From Bacteroidales bacterium (lineage in GTDB: Bacteria > Bacteroidota > Bacteroidia > Bacteroidales > UBA1715), in assembly GCA_045600045.1 (NCBI GenBank), contig JAZRXD010000044.1, positions 5,593-69,592 of the forward strand: a stretch of DNA of 64,000 nucleotides, read 5' to 3'. Within the stretch, counting starts at the first letter, position 1; every line of letters begins with the position of its first letter. The notes under the pieces were generated by a model, which made no database searches, was not told the origin of the DNA, and worked only from the letters and a program-made list of their open reading frames with translations. Position numbers and translations under genes: made by a program. Of the stretch, positions 7,555 to 17,882 are shown piece after piece.

Positions 7555-10155
7555 TTAATCACAAATCACGGTGTTTGTTTTGTTGCCAATTTTTACGAAA
7601 TAAATGCCTTTGCAAGGGATTGCGTACGACGCAGTGTTAGTCGTTTGTTGTTGTTTGGCAATCAGTTTTCCTGTTACGTTGTAAATGGCAACGGATTCGT
7701 CGTTGTCTAAACCAGAAACGATAATCTCGTTGTTGCAAACATATACGGAAATCGTGTTGTCGGCAATTGTATCAACGGCAGTGTTTGTATTTATGAAAAT
7801 GTTGTCGTTGCCTTTAATGTGTAAGCGTTGTACAACATTGTTGCGGACGATTATGCGAAGAACTGCATCGTCACGATTTTCTGCAGAGTAGAATTCTATG
7901 TCTTCTCCGGATTTTCTTATGATTAAATTGGTAAGTGGAGTTGTTTCGTCGTTTACGACAAGAGATTCAACACCATCAACGATAGTAAGTAATGCGGTTT
8001 CTTCGCCACATTGATATTCGCTTGCTATCATGTCCCAAACCGAAAGTTTCGAGAATACAATTTTATTGCTTGCGGTATCGGTCAATGTTACATTTTTAAT
8101 TGTGTCGTTTGGGATAGCGAATGAGAATGAATTACCGTCTTTGAAATCAAATTTGATAAGATTACTTGTTGTGTAGATTTTTTCAATATCGCTTATTGGA
8201 GTTTTGTGATTGATTTCGTCGTTGCCCATATAGATGTAATCGTCGTTGCTGAATTCAACATAGAAATCCTCCAGTTTCTCAATTTCCGATTCACCGTTTT
8301 TAGATTCAAAATAGTATGCGTTTTTGATTTTATCTAATACATTGCTGTAAGTGATAGGGTGGTAAACAATGTTTCCTTTCGATGTGAATTCTGTTAAAGA
8401 AACGGCAACATTGTTTTGGATTTGCACAACAAAGTATTTGTTGTTCCATATTTTGTTGCTGAATGTGTAATTGTCGCCGATTTTTGATATTCGTGGATTG
8501 GTTTCGCTGAATGTGTAGTAACTATCAACGTTATTCATTCCATCCGTGTTTGCGAATTGGTTAACCCACATAAAACTTGGCGTGTCTTTGCCGGTTTCGA
8601 AATTAGTCATTGGGATTAGTGAGATAACTGTTCCGTCTTCTGTGATATAAGAACCTTTGATTATGTCCCAAATGTCCTCAATGGTGATGTTTTCTACAAT
8701 CGTTTTGGTGCAAATGTACAATTGATCCTCTGCTTCGTTTTTCACAGTAAGCTTTTCGGCTGTTCCGTCTTCTCCAAGGGTGAAAGTGAATGTCGTGTTT
8801 TCGTTGTATGTTAAGTATATTTTGTCGTTCTTTTGGTGGATGTCGGTAAGAGCATTCGTCTTGATTTTCGTATATTCAGTTTTGCCAAAATATCCTAAAA
8901 CAATGGAATCTGTTCCGTAGAAATCGAAGAATAAATCTTTAGTAGGTTCGGTTTCTTTGTCACCTTGGTAATAGCTTAGGCAATACGTTCCTTCGATAAG
9001 ATTAAGAAGCATATCGTAATTACAAGAAGGGGCTAGAATTTTTTCTTTTCTATCGTAGTGTTTTTGTCCGTTAAAGTCAATAGCCACATAGTAGATGATT
9101 CTGCCGCTTTGTGTGCAAGTTGCGTTGGTTGTATCGGAAGTTATTTCAACAGCAAGAGTGTCGGCGTGGCTTTCATCGTCTGTACAAACCAATATAGCTG
9201 AACAAGATGAGAAATCATCAGCCCACAACCATTTGCTGAATTCAAAATTATGTGTATGGGTTGGAATTTCTGTCCATCCTTCAGGGAAAAAGGTAGTATA
9301 GTTTGTTGCTTCCTGTTCGTTGAGTGGCATGTAGTTGCCGGTTGCGGAAACTCCCGAAAGCCAGTTATTAAGATTTGAACTTGTCCAACTGGTTAGTCCT
9401 ATGCTTATTTTATTCAAATTTTTGCAATCTTTAAACATGTTTGTATAGCAGTTGGTGGTTGTTTGTGTTGCAGGAAGTTCAGGGGCTGTTGTTAAACTTG
9501 TACAGCCAGAGAACATGCCGTTATAACAAGCCGTTTCCAAAGTTGTTGCAGGAAGTTCAGGGGCTGTTGTTAAACTTGAACAACCGGAGAACATGCTCTG
9601 ATAACAATTTTCTGCTAAAGTTGTTGCAGGAAGTTTAGGGGCTGATGTTAAACTTGTACAACCGGAGAACATGCTCTGATAACAATCTTTTGTCAATGTA
9701 GAGGCTGGCAATTGTAAATCGCTTGCCGAAGTAAGTCCGGGGCAATTATAAAATAAACGACCAAAACAAGAAGAATTGTCGTTCATCGTTCCTAATGTAA
9801 TCATAGACATGACATTGCCGCTTGCCGAAACATCACCAGTTATTGAAAAATATAAACCATCTTCGCTAGATGTGGATCCAATATTATTGATATTTGGGGT
9901 TGTGTTTCGAAAATAGATTTTTTCATTTGTGTTGAGGGTGAATGCGTCCGACGAGTTTTTATGTTCAATTGTGATTTCATTCCAATTAGTTCCGTCGGTA
10001 CTATATGTAAATGTGTAATCTTCTGATGACCAATTGTTTACTAACTTTATTGTTGAACCGTCGATGTTTGAAGTGAAACAAATTGGTTCGTTGCCTTGTG
10101 CCGAAAGTTCAATAGCGCATACGAGCGCAGCAAAGAATACAAATGCTTTTTTCAT
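7555..10155 (-). CDS. T9SS-secreted surface protein with BspA-like leucine-rich repeats
   Basis: Signal peptide LSA-Q; 26-aa repeats PATTLxxxCYxxMFSGCxSLTTAPEL; C-terminal type A CTD-like AIYNVTGKLI...KGIYFVKIGNKTNTVI. Confidence 0.82.
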   Translation of the reverse strand: MKKAFVFFAALVCAIELSAQGNEPICFTSNIDGSTIKLVNNWSSEDYTFTYSTDGTNWNEITIEHKNSSDAFTLNTNEKIYFRNTTPNINNIGSTSSEDGLYFSITGDVSASGNVMSMITLGTMNDNSSCFGRLFYNCPGLTSASDLQLPASTLTKDCYQSMFSGCTSLTSAPKLPATTLAENCYQSMFSGCSSLTTAPELPATTLETACYNGMFSGCTSLTTAPELPATQTTTNCYTNMFKDCKNLNKISIGLTSWTSSNLNNWLSGVSATGNYMPLNEQEATNYTTFFPEGWTEIPTHTHNFEFSKWLWADDFSSCSAILVCTDDESHADTLAVEITSDTTNATCTQSGRIIYYVAIDFNGQKHYDRKEKILAPSCNYDMLLNLIEGTYCLSYYQGDKETEPTKDLFFDFYGTDSIVLGYFGKTEYTKIKTNALTDIHQKNDKIYLTYNENTTFTFTLGEDGTAEKLTVKNEAEDQLYICTKTIVENITIEDIWDIIKGSYITEDGTVISLIPMTNFETGKDTPSFMWVNQFANTDGMNNVDSYYTFSETNPRISKIGDNYTFSNKIWNNKYFVVQIQNNVAVSLTEFTSKGNIVYHPITYSNVLDKIKNAYYFESKNGESEIEKLEDFYVEFSNDDYIYMGNDEINHKTPISDIEKIYTTSNLIKFDFKDGNSFSFAIPNDTIKNVTLTDTASNKIVFSKLSVWDMIASEYQCGEETALLTIVDGVESLVVNDETTPLTNLIIRKSGEDIEFYSAENRDDAVLRIIVRNNVVQRLHIKGNDNIFINTNTAVDTIADNTISVYVCNNEIIVSGLDNDESVAIYNVTGKLIAKQQQTTNTASYAIPCKGIYFVKIGNKTNTVICD
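9440..9720 (-). repeat. 78-bp tandem repeats encoding the LRR units
   Basis: CAGGAAGTT recurs at 9471, 9549 and 9627; CCGGAGAACATGCTCTGATAACAAT is identical at 9584 and 9662. Confidence 0.85.
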
Positions 10156-10334
10156 AAAAATCTATTATCATTGATAAAACAAAGGTGTAAAAAAAACAAT
10201 AACAATGGGTTACGAAATCAAAAAAGTTATTAACAAAGAGATTGCTTTGGTTGTTGTTGGAAACAATCCGTTGGAATTTTCAGTTGTCAATTATCAAAAA
10301 TCAAATTCTTTCTAAACTCTAATCACTATTTTCT

Positions 10335-10342
10335 TATCTTTG
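10335..10342 (+). promoter_or_regulatory. -7 promoter element (TATCTTTG) for lysS
   Basis: TAnnTTTG match 20 nt upstream of the ATG. Confidence 0.6.
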
Positions 10343-10361
10343 CCGAAAATTTTTACGTAAA

Positions 10362-12083
10362 ATGCAACAATTGAGCGAACAAGAACAAATCCGTAGAAAT
10401 TGCCTACAAAAACTGCGCGATTTGGGTATCAATCCGTATCCGGAAGCAGAATATAAAGTTACTGCAAATTCACAAGAAATTCTTTCTACATTCAAACCTG
10501 AATCAGGTATGTTCCAAGACGTTACATTGGCAGGCCGTTTAATGGCGCGCCGTGTAATGGGAAAGGCTTCGTTTGCCGAACTGCAGGATTCTTTCGGAAG
10601 AATACAATTATATATCAGTCGCGACGAAATTTGTCCGGACGAAAACAAGGATTTATATAACGAAGTATTTAAAAAATTACTTGATATTGGTGATTTTATC
10701 GGCGTTTCTGGATATGCTTTCGTAACGCAGATGGGAGAGATTTCTATCCACGTAAAAACACTTACGGTGTTAAGTAAATCGCTACGTCCATTACCAATTG
10801 TTAAGGAAAAAGATGGAGTTGTGTATGATGCGTTTTCCGATCCTGAGCAACGTTACCGTCAGCGTTATGTTGATTTGATTGTGAATCATGGTGTTAAGGA
10901 TGTTTTTGTGAAACGTGCAAAAATCCTTGATACAATGCGCCAATTCTTCAATTCAAAAGGATATTTGGAAGTCGAAACTCCTATATTACAAGCAATTCCT
11001 GGTGGAGCAAGCGCGCGTCCATTTATTACTCACCACAATTCATTGGATATAGATTTGTATTGCCGTATTGCTACAGAATTGTATTTAAAACGATTGATTG
11101 TTGGTGGTTTTGAAGGTGTTTACGAAATCGGTAAGAATTTCCGTAACGAGGGTATGGATAAGTTCCACAATCCAGAATTTACGTGTATGGAAATTTATGT
11201 TTCTTACAAAGATTACAATTGGATGATGTCGTTTACGGAACAATTGCTCGAAACTATTTGTATTGTCGTAAATGGAACTACCGAATCGGTTTTCGACGGA
11301 AAGACCATCAGTTTCAAGGCTCCTTTCAAACGTATCACAATGCTTGATTCAATCAAGGAAAAAACTGGATATGATTTGGACGGAAAATCGGAAGATGAAA
11401 TCCGTGCAATTTGCCACGAATTAAAACTTGACCACGTTGATGAAACATTTGGAAAAGGTAAGATGATTGATGAAATTTTTGGTGAATTTTGTGAAGGAAC
11501 ATATATCCAACCAACATTCATTATTGATTATCCAATAGAAATGTCGCCATTGTGCAAGAAACACAGAAGTAATCCAAATTTGACCGAACGTTTCGAATTG
11601 ATGGTGAATGGTAAGGAGTTGTGTAATGCGTATTCAGAATTGAACGACCCAATTGACCAATACGAACGCTTCAAAGAACAACTTCGTTTGTCTGAAAAAG
11701 GTGATGACGAAGCAATGTTTATTGATCAGGATTTTGTTCGTGCTTTGGAATATGGAATGCCACCAACATCGGGAATGGGAATGGGTATAGACCGTTTGTG
11801 TATGTTGATGACAGGTGCTTCAACAATACAAGATGTGTTGTTCTTCCCGCAGATGAAACCAGAAAAGAAAGTGGCAAAAGACGATATTTCGGTGTATGTT
11901 GCTGCTGGAATTCCTCAGGAATGGGCAGAAGTCATTCAAGCATTAGGCTATATGAAACTTGCTGATGCTCAGAATGTTAAATTTACCAAACTTCACGCGG
12001 AAATGTGTGGTTTCAATAAGAAAAACAAATTGAATTTAGTGAATCCAAAACCAGAAGATGTTAAATCTTGGTTGAATCAATAA
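10362..12083 (+). CDS. lysS: Lysine--tRNA ligase (class II)
   Basis: [51 protein letters not shown]. Confidence 0.98.
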   Translation: MQQLSEQEQIRRNCLQKLRDLGINPYPEAEYKVTANSQEILSTFKPESGMFQDVTLAGRLMARRVMGKASFAELQDSFGRIQLYISRDEICPDENKDLYNEVFKKLLDIGDFIGVSGYAFVTQMGEISIHVKTLTVLSKSLRPLPIVKEKDGVVYDAFSDPEQRYRQRYVDLIVNHGVKDVFVKRAKILDTMRQFFNSKGYLEVETPILQAIPGGASARPFITHHNSLDIDLYCRIATELYLKRLIVGGFEGVYEIGKNFRNEGMDKFHNPEFTCMEIYVSYKDYNWMMSFTEQLLETICIVVNGTTESVFDGKTISFKAPFKRITMLDSIKEKTGYDLDGKSEDEIRAICHELKLDHVDETFGKGKMIDEIFGEFCEGTYIQPTFIIDYPIEMSPLCKKHRSNPNLTERFELMVNGKELCNAYSELNDPIDQYERFKEQLRLSEKGDDEAMFIDQDFVRALEYGMPPTSGMGMGIDRLCMLMTGASTIQDVLFFPQMKPEKKVAKDDISVYVAAGIPQEWAEVIQALGYMKLADAQNVKFTKLHAEMCGFNKKNKLNLVNPKPEDVKSWLNQ

Positions 12084-12087
12084 TAGT

Positions 12088-13083
12088 ATGGAATCAGCAA
12101 AGAAAATAGCGTTATTAGGTAGTGGAAGCTGGGCTTCGGCAATTGTGAAGATTCTTCATATCAGTCAGAAGTCTGTTGCTTGGTATATACGCGAACCAGA
12201 AATTTTGGAAGGTGTTCAAAATCTAAAACACAATCCAATGTATGTTTCTGATATTGAGTTTAATACGAATAAATTGAAATTGTATGGAGATATTAATGAG
12301 GCAGTAAAAAATGCTGATATCATTATTTTCTGTGTACCTTCAAAATTTATCGATTCACTTTGTGGTGGCATTACTGTGGATTTGTCGAAAAAACAGTTGG
12401 TTACGGCTGTAAAAGGTATGGAACCCGAAAAGGTTATGCTGGTTTCGGAATATTTGCAGCAGCGTTTTAGAGTAAGTGCAGACCAAATGGCTGTTATTTC
12501 AGGTCCGTGTCATGCCGAAGAAGTTGCATTGGAACGTATGTCGTATTTGACAATAGGTTCTTCTAATCAAGAATTGGCAAAAGAAGTTGCCGATATTATG
12601 TCGGTTGATTTTATTCATACTTGCGTGTCGAAAGATATGGAAGGTATTGAATATTCGGCAGTTATGAAAAATGTGATGGCTTTGGCAACGGGTATTGCTC
12701 ACGGACTTGGATATGGAGATAATTTTACTTCGGTGTTGATTACCAACGCAATTCAGGAAATGAAACGATTCTTGGATGTTGCAAAACCAATGAAACGCGA
12801 TATCAATGATTCAGTATATTTGGGCGATTTGTTGGTGACTGCTTATTCACAATTCAGTCGCAATCGTTCGTTTGGAATGATGATAGGCAAAGGTTATTCA
12901 GTAAAAGCTGCACAACTTGAAATGAATATGATTGCCGAAGGTTACAATGGTGTATATTGTATTGTTCATGCAAATGAAAAATATGGCGTGGAAATGCCAA
13001 TAACTCAAGCAGTTTACAGCATTTTATACGATCGTCATTCTGCTAAAAGAGAATTTAAAGCTTTGTCTGAAAAATTTAAATAA
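12088..13083 (+). CDS. gpsA: NAD(P)H-dependent glycerol-3-phosphate dehydrogenase
   Basis: LLGSGSWA, SGPCHAEEV, KNVMALA, GYGDN, LGDLLVTAYSQFSRNR, AEGY. Confidence 0.95.
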   Translation: MESAKKIALLGSGSWASAIVKILHISQKSVAWYIREPEILEGVQNLKHNPMYVSDIEFNTNKLKLYGDINEAVKNADIIIFCVPSKFIDSLCGGITVDLSKKQLVTAVKGMEPEKVMLVSEYLQQRFRVSADQMAVISGPCHAEEVALERMSYLTIGSSNQELAKEVADIMSVDFIHTCVSKDMEGIEYSAVMKNVMALATGIAHGLGYGDNFTSVLITNAIQEMKRFLDVAKPMKRDINDSVYLGDLLVTAYSQFSRNRSFGMMIGKGYSVKAAQLEMNMIAEGYNGVYCIVHANEKYGVEMPITQAVYSILYDRHSAKREFKALSEKFK

Positions 13084-13088
13084 ATCGT

Positions 13089-14102
13089 ATGGCTTCGACC
13101 ATTTTTATTCCCCAAAACTATTCTTCCTTATTGGATGCACAACAAACCGAGCATGCAATAAAGTTGATAAAAGATACATTCGAACACAATTTGTCTGTAG
13201 GATTGTGTTTGCGTCGCGTAACCGCACCTTTGTTTGTGCTTAAAGGAACTGGTATAAATGATGATTTGAACGGAACTGAACGTAAAGTTACATTTCCTGT
13301 GAAAGCGTTGAACGACCAGCAGGCGGAAGTTGTCAATTCGTTGGCGAAATGGAAGAGAATGGCGTTGGCTAAATATGAAATAAATCCAGGTTATGGTATT
13401 TTAACCGATATGAACGCAATTCGTCCTGATGAAGATTTGGACAATATCCATTCTTTGTATGTTGACCAATGGGACTGGGAACGCACGATTTCGGTTGAAG
13501 ATAGAAATATGTCGTTTCTTCGCTTGATAGTGAAGAGAATCTACGATGTGTTGAAACATACTGAATATGTTGTTTCGGAAGATTTTCCTCAAATAAAACC
13601 GATTTTACCAGAAAAAATCACATTTGTTACGACAGAAGAGTTGTTGCAGAAATATCCGGATCTGACACCGAAACAACGAGAAAATGCAGTCACAAAAGAA
13701 TTTGGCGCTGTCTTTTTAATTGGTATCGGCGATGAATTGTCTAATGGCGAAAAACACGATGGTCGTGCTCCTGATTATGATGATTGGAGTTTGAATGGCG
13801 ATATTTTGTTATGGAATCCGGTTTTGGAAAGCTCGTTCGAAATTTCATCAATGGGTATCCGTGTTGACGCAAAGGCAATGGAATATCAGTTGAAAAAAGC
13901 AAATGCTGAAGATAGAAAGAATTTGTTGTTCCATAAAAAATTGTTGAACAACGAGTTACCTCTTTCAATCGGTGGTGGAATAGGACAAAGTCGTTTATGT
14001 ATGTTTTTCTTGCGAAAAGCCCATATCGGAGAAGTTCAAAGCTCTTTGTGGGGCGACGAAATTATAGAAACGTGTAGAAAGAATAATATTCATTTAATCT
14101 AA
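13089..14102 (+). CDS. asnA: Aspartate--ammonia ligase
   Basis: SLAKWKR, HSLYVDQWDWE, HDGRAPDYDDW, SSMGIRV, GGGIGQSR, HIGEVQ. Confidence 0.97.
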   Translation: MASTIFIPQNYSSLLDAQQTEHAIKLIKDTFEHNLSVGLCLRRVTAPLFVLKGTGINDDLNGTERKVTFPVKALNDQQAEVVNSLAKWKRMALAKYEINPGYGILTDMNAIRPDEDLDNIHSLYVDQWDWERTISVEDRNMSFLRLIVKRIYDVLKHTEYVVSEDFPQIKPILPEKITFVTTEELLQKYPDLTPKQRENAVTKEFGAVFLIGIGDELSNGEKHDGRAPDYDDWSLNGDILLWNPVLESSFEISSMGIRVDAKAMEYQLKKANAEDRKNLLFHKKLLNNELPLSIGGGIGQSRLCMFFLRKAHIGEVQSSLWGDEIIETCRKNNIHLI

Positions 14103-14125
14103 AATAGATTCATATGTTTGATTTT

Positions 14126-14160
14126 GAAATCCGTTACAAATGTGACGGATTTCTTTTTCT
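14126..14160 (+). terminator. Intrinsic terminator after asnA
   Basis: GAAATCCGTTAC-AAAT-GTGACGGATTTC (one G-U pair) followed by TTTTTCT. Confidence 0.7.
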
Positions 14161-14161
14161 T

Positions 14162-15085
14162 ATGGCGGAAGTTAAAGAAACATATCGCGAAAAACAGATT
14201 TACAAAGTGACCATAATTGGATTTTTAGTCAATTTGTTTTTGTCTGTCGGAAAGTTGATTGCTGGCTTGCTCGGGAATAGTGGCGCTATGATTGCCGATG
14301 CGGTTCATTCCATTTCTGATTTCGTTACCGATGTGATTGTTCTTGTTTTTGTGAAAATTTCGGCAAAACCCAAAGATGAATGTCACGATTACGGTCATGG
14401 GAAATATGAAACGTTGGCAACTGTTTTAATTGGAGTTTTGTTGTTTTGCGTTGCTATTGGAATATTTTGGAATAGCATAGAAAAAATCATATTGGTTATT
14501 CGTGGCGAACAAATTTCTCAACCAACGGTAATAGCGTTGCTTGCGGCTGCCATTTCAATTGTTATAAAAGAAATTCTATATCAATATACTCGTGTCGTTG
14601 GAGAAAAAGTTTCGTCTTCGGTTGTGGTTGCAAATGCGTGGCATCATCGTTCGGATGCGTTTTCGTCAATTGGTACATTGATAGGTATAGCGGGAGCTTT
14701 TTTCTTGGGAGAGCGCTGGGTGATTTTAGATCCAATAGCAGCAGTGATTGTTTCAATTATGATTGGAAAAGTAGCTTATGATTTGATTTTACCAGGAATA
14801 CAAGAACTATTGGAGCGTTCATTGTCAAAAGATGTTGAAAATGAGATAGTTGCTATTGTCTGTAAAGATCCGTTGGTAACTAATCCACATAATTTGAAAA
14901 CACGAAAAATTGGAGCAAATATAGCAATAGAAATACATGTGCGAATGCCAGACGACACGACTATTGATGTTGCTCATCGCAAGACAGATTTAATTGAGCG
15001 GGATTTACGAGAGAAGTATGGCGAAAACACACAAATAAGTATTCACATAGAACCTTTATCACAACAAAAAATAAAGTCTTTTTGA
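14162..15085 (+). CDS. Cation diffusion facilitator (FieF-like) transporter
   Basis: ADAVHSISD, HDYGHGKYE, ANAWHHRSDA, C-terminal IHIEP. Start at MAEV (14162). Confidence 0.93.
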   Translation: MAEVKETYREKQIYKVTIIGFLVNLFLSVGKLIAGLLGNSGAMIADAVHSISDFVTDVIVLVFVKISAKPKDECHDYGHGKYETLATVLIGVLLFCVAIGIFWNSIEKIILVIRGEQISQPTVIALLAAAISIVIKEILYQYTRVVGEKVSSSVVVANAWHHRSDAFSSIGTLIGIAGAFFLGERWVILDPIAAVIVSIMIGKVAYDLILPGIQELLERSLSKDVENEIVAIVCKDPLVTNPHNLKTRKIGANIAIEIHVRMPDDTTIDVAHRKTDLIERDLREKYGENTQISIHIEPLSQQKIKSF

Positions 15086-15140
15086 TAAGTCGGTAATTGC
15101 ATAATATTTAGTACCTTCGCCCACAAATAAAAATATAACA

Positions 15141-17837
15141 ATGAGTTTACCTTCACAATACAATCCTTCGGATGTCGAAGCAAAATGGTATCAATATTGG
15201 ATTGATAACAAATTTTTTAGTTCAAAACCAGACAAACGTCAACCATATACAATAGTTATTCCGCCACCAAATGTAACGGGCGTTTTGCACATGGGGCACA
15301 TGTTGAACAACACGATTCAGGATATTTTGGTCCGTCGTGCCCGTATGACTGGTAAAAATGCGTGCTGGGTTCCGGGAACCGACCATGCTTCGATAGCAAC
15401 GGAGGCAAAAGTTGTGAATAAACTTGCAGAACAAGGTATTAAGAAGCTCGATCTTACTCGCGAACAATTCTTGGAACATGCTTGGAAATGGACTGACGAA
15501 CACGGTGGTATCATTTTAAAACAACTACGTAAACTTGGTGCATCGTGCGATTGGGACAGAACGGCGTTCACAATGGACGAAACTCGTTCGGAAAGTGTGA
15601 TGAAAGTCTTTGTTGACTTGTATAAAAAAGGCTTGATTTATCGTGGTCTTCGTATGGTAAACTGGGATCCGAAAGCTCAAACCGTACTTTCAACAGAAGA
15701 GGTTATTTATCGCGATGAAAAAAGTAAGTTGTACTATCTTCGCTACTATATCGCCGACGCCGATGTGAATCCTGTTGTTCCAACAAATGTAGAAGGCGAA
15801 GTTTTGCACAAAGATGCAAAAGGATATTACGCTGTTGTTGCAACTACTCGTCCGGAAACAATTATGGGCGATACTGCAATGTGTATCAATCCAAAAGATC
15901 CGAAAAATCAGTGGTTGCGTGGCCGCAAAGTGATTGTTCCGCTTGTGAATCGTGTGATTCCTGTTATTGAAGACCGTTACGTTGACATTGAATTTGGTAC
16001 TGGATGTTTGAAAGTTACTCCTGCTCACGATGTAAACGACTACAATTTGGGTAAAACTCATAATCTTGAAATTATCGACATTTTCAATCCTGACGGAACA
16101 ATTTCTGAAGAGGCTGGAATGTATGTTGGTCAAGACCGTATGGTTGTCCGTAAACAAATTGCAATTGATTTGCAGAATGCTGATTTGTTGGAAAAAATCG
16201 AGGATTATGAAAACAAGGTTGGCTATTCCGAAAGAAATCAGGATACAGCTGTTGAACCTCGTCTTTGTCGTCAATGGTTTTTGTCGATGAAGCATTTTGC
16301 TGACATAGCTTTGCCTCCAGTTCTTGAAGGAAAAATCAAATTTTATCCAACGAAATATGTAACGACATATCGCAATTGGTTGGAAAATATTCAAGATTGG
16401 TGTATCAGCCGTCAATTGTGGTGGGGACATAGAATTCCTGCGTATTTCTTGCCAACGGCTGAAGGCGAGGAGGAAAAGTTCGTTGTTGCTTTGACTCCAG
16501 AAGAAGCGCTTGCTGAGGCTAAGAAAATCAAAGGTTTTGAAAATATTATTATCGACCAGCTTTCACGTGACGAAGATGCGCTTGATACATGGTTCTCATC
16601 GTGGTTGTGGCCAGTTTCTTTGTTCAACGGAATCAACAATCCGGGCAACGAGGAAATAAAATATTATTATCCAACATCTGACTTGGTTACAGGTCCTGAT
16701 ATTATTTTCTTCTGGGTAGCCAGAATGATTATGGCAGGTGAGGAGTACATTAAAGATGTTCCTTTCCGTAGCGTATATTTTACTGGTATAGTTCGCGACA
16801 AACTTGGTCGTAAAATGAGCAAGAGTCTTGGTAACTCGCCAGATCCATTGATGTTGATTGAAAAATATGGCGCCGATGGCGTTCGTATGGGAATGATGCT
16901 TTCTGCTCCGGCAGGAAACGATATTTTGTTTGATGAGGCATTGTGCGAACAAGGACGTAATTTCAATAGTAAGATTTGGAATGCGCTTCGTTTGGTTAAA
17001 GGTTGGGAAGTTGCTGATATTGAACAACCTGCCTACGCAAAAATTGCTGTTGATTGGTTCAACGCAAAATTAAGCGCAACAATAGAGGAACTAGCCGATG
17101 ATTTTGAAAAATACCGTTTGTCGGAAGCTTTGATGACGGTTTACAAATTGTTCTGGGATGAATTCTCTGCTTGGTATTTGGAATTGGTGAAACCAGCCTA
17201 TGGTCAGCCAATCGACAAGACGACGTTGGAACAAACATTGGAATTCTTCGAAAAACTAATGCTGTTGCTTCATCCATTCATGCCATTCATTACCGAAGAA
17301 ATTTGGCAGGCAGTGAAAGAACGCAAACAAGGCGAAAGTATTATGGTTTCGCAAATGCCAAAAGTCGATTATAAAAATAATGCGTTAGTTGCTGATTTTG
17401 AGACGGTTAAACAAATTGTATCTTCAGTTCGTACGGTTCGTTTGGAACGTAATATCCCAAATAAAAATACGTTGAATTTGGTTGTTGCAAATGGTTTGCA
17501 CAATATGGCTTATGATGCGGTTTTGGTAAAAATTTGTAATCTTTCGTCAATTGCACAAGGTCAGAAAGATGCGACTTCGGCAACGTTCATGGTTGGTACG
17601 ACGGAATATGCGCTTCCTCTTGGAAATATGGTAAATGCGGCTGAAGAAATTGCCAAAATGGAAGAGGAAATCAAATATCTAGAAGGTTTCTTAAATTCGG
17701 TTATGAAAAAGTTGGGTAACGAAAAATTCGTTGCCAATGCGAAACCAGAAGTTGTTGAAAACGAACGTAAGAAAAAAGCCGATGCCGAGACTAAGATTAA
17801 AACGTTGCAAGAAGGTATCGCTGCATTAAAGAAATAA
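15141..17837 (+). CDS. valS: Valine--tRNA ligase
   Basis: [42 protein letters not shown]-terminal coiled coil. Confidence 0.99.
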   Translation: MSLPSQYNPSDVEAKWYQYWIDNKFFSSKPDKRQPYTIVIPPPNVTGVLHMGHMLNNTIQDILVRRARMTGKNACWVPGTDHASIATEAKVVNKLAEQGIKKLDLTREQFLEHAWKWTDEHGGIILKQLRKLGASCDWDRTAFTMDETRSESVMKVFVDLYKKGLIYRGLRMVNWDPKAQTVLSTEEVIYRDEKSKLYYLRYYIADADVNPVVPTNVEGEVLHKDAKGYYAVVATTRPETIMGDTAMCINPKDPKNQWLRGRKVIVPLVNRVIPVIEDRYVDIEFGTGCLKVTPAHDVNDYNLGKTHNLEIIDIFNPDGTISEEAGMYVGQDRMVVRKQIAIDLQNADLLEKIEDYENKVGYSERNQDTAVEPRLCRQWFLSMKHFADIALPPVLEGKIKFYPTKYVTTYRNWLENIQDWCISRQLWWGHRIPAYFLPTAEGEEEKFVVALTPEEALAEAKKIKGFENIIIDQLSRDEDALDTWFSSWLWPVSLFNGINNPGNEEIKYYYPTSDLVTGPDIIFFWVARMIMAGEEYIKDVPFRSVYFTGIVRDKLGRKMSKSLGNSPDPLMLIEKYGADGVRMGMMLSAPAGNDILFDEALCEQGRNFNSKIWNALRLVKGWEVADIEQPAYAKIAVDWFNAKLSATIEELADDFEKYRLSEALMTVYKLFWDEFSAWYLELVKPAYGQPIDKTTLEQTLEFFEKLMLLLHPFMPFITEEIWQAVKERKQGESIMVSQMPKVDYKNNALVADFETVKQIVSSVRTVRLERNIPNKNTLNLVVANGLHNMAYDAVLVKICNLSSIAQGQKDATSATFMVGTTEYALPLGNMVNAAEEIAKMEEEIKYLEGFLNSVMKKLGNEKFVANAKPEVVENERKKKADAETKIKTLQEGIAALKK

Positions 17838-17842
17838 TATTC

Positions 17843-17876
17843 GTATAGACGCTATTGATGGCGTCTATACTTTTTT
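17843..17876 (+). terminator. Hairpin after valS (terminator; REP-like palindrome)
   Basis: GTATAGACGC-TATTGATG-GCGTCTATAC followed by TTTTTT. Confidence 0.75.
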
Positions 17877-17882
17877 GAGTAT

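Noticed and set aside
9440-9720. Regular direct repeats that could suggest a CRISPR array or DGR
   Set aside because: The 78-bp in-frame period encodes LRRs; there are no unique spacers, cas genes or reverse transcriptase in the window.
11870-12083. C-terminal extension on LysS
   Set aside because: A usual feature of Bacteroidales LysS, not novel.
15690-16430. 246-aa antisense ORF inside valS, and many similar shadow ORFs (e.g. 48072-48683, 49129-49620, 51438-51971)
   Set aside because: They lie opposite well-supported genes, have no motifs, and are expected from codon bias.
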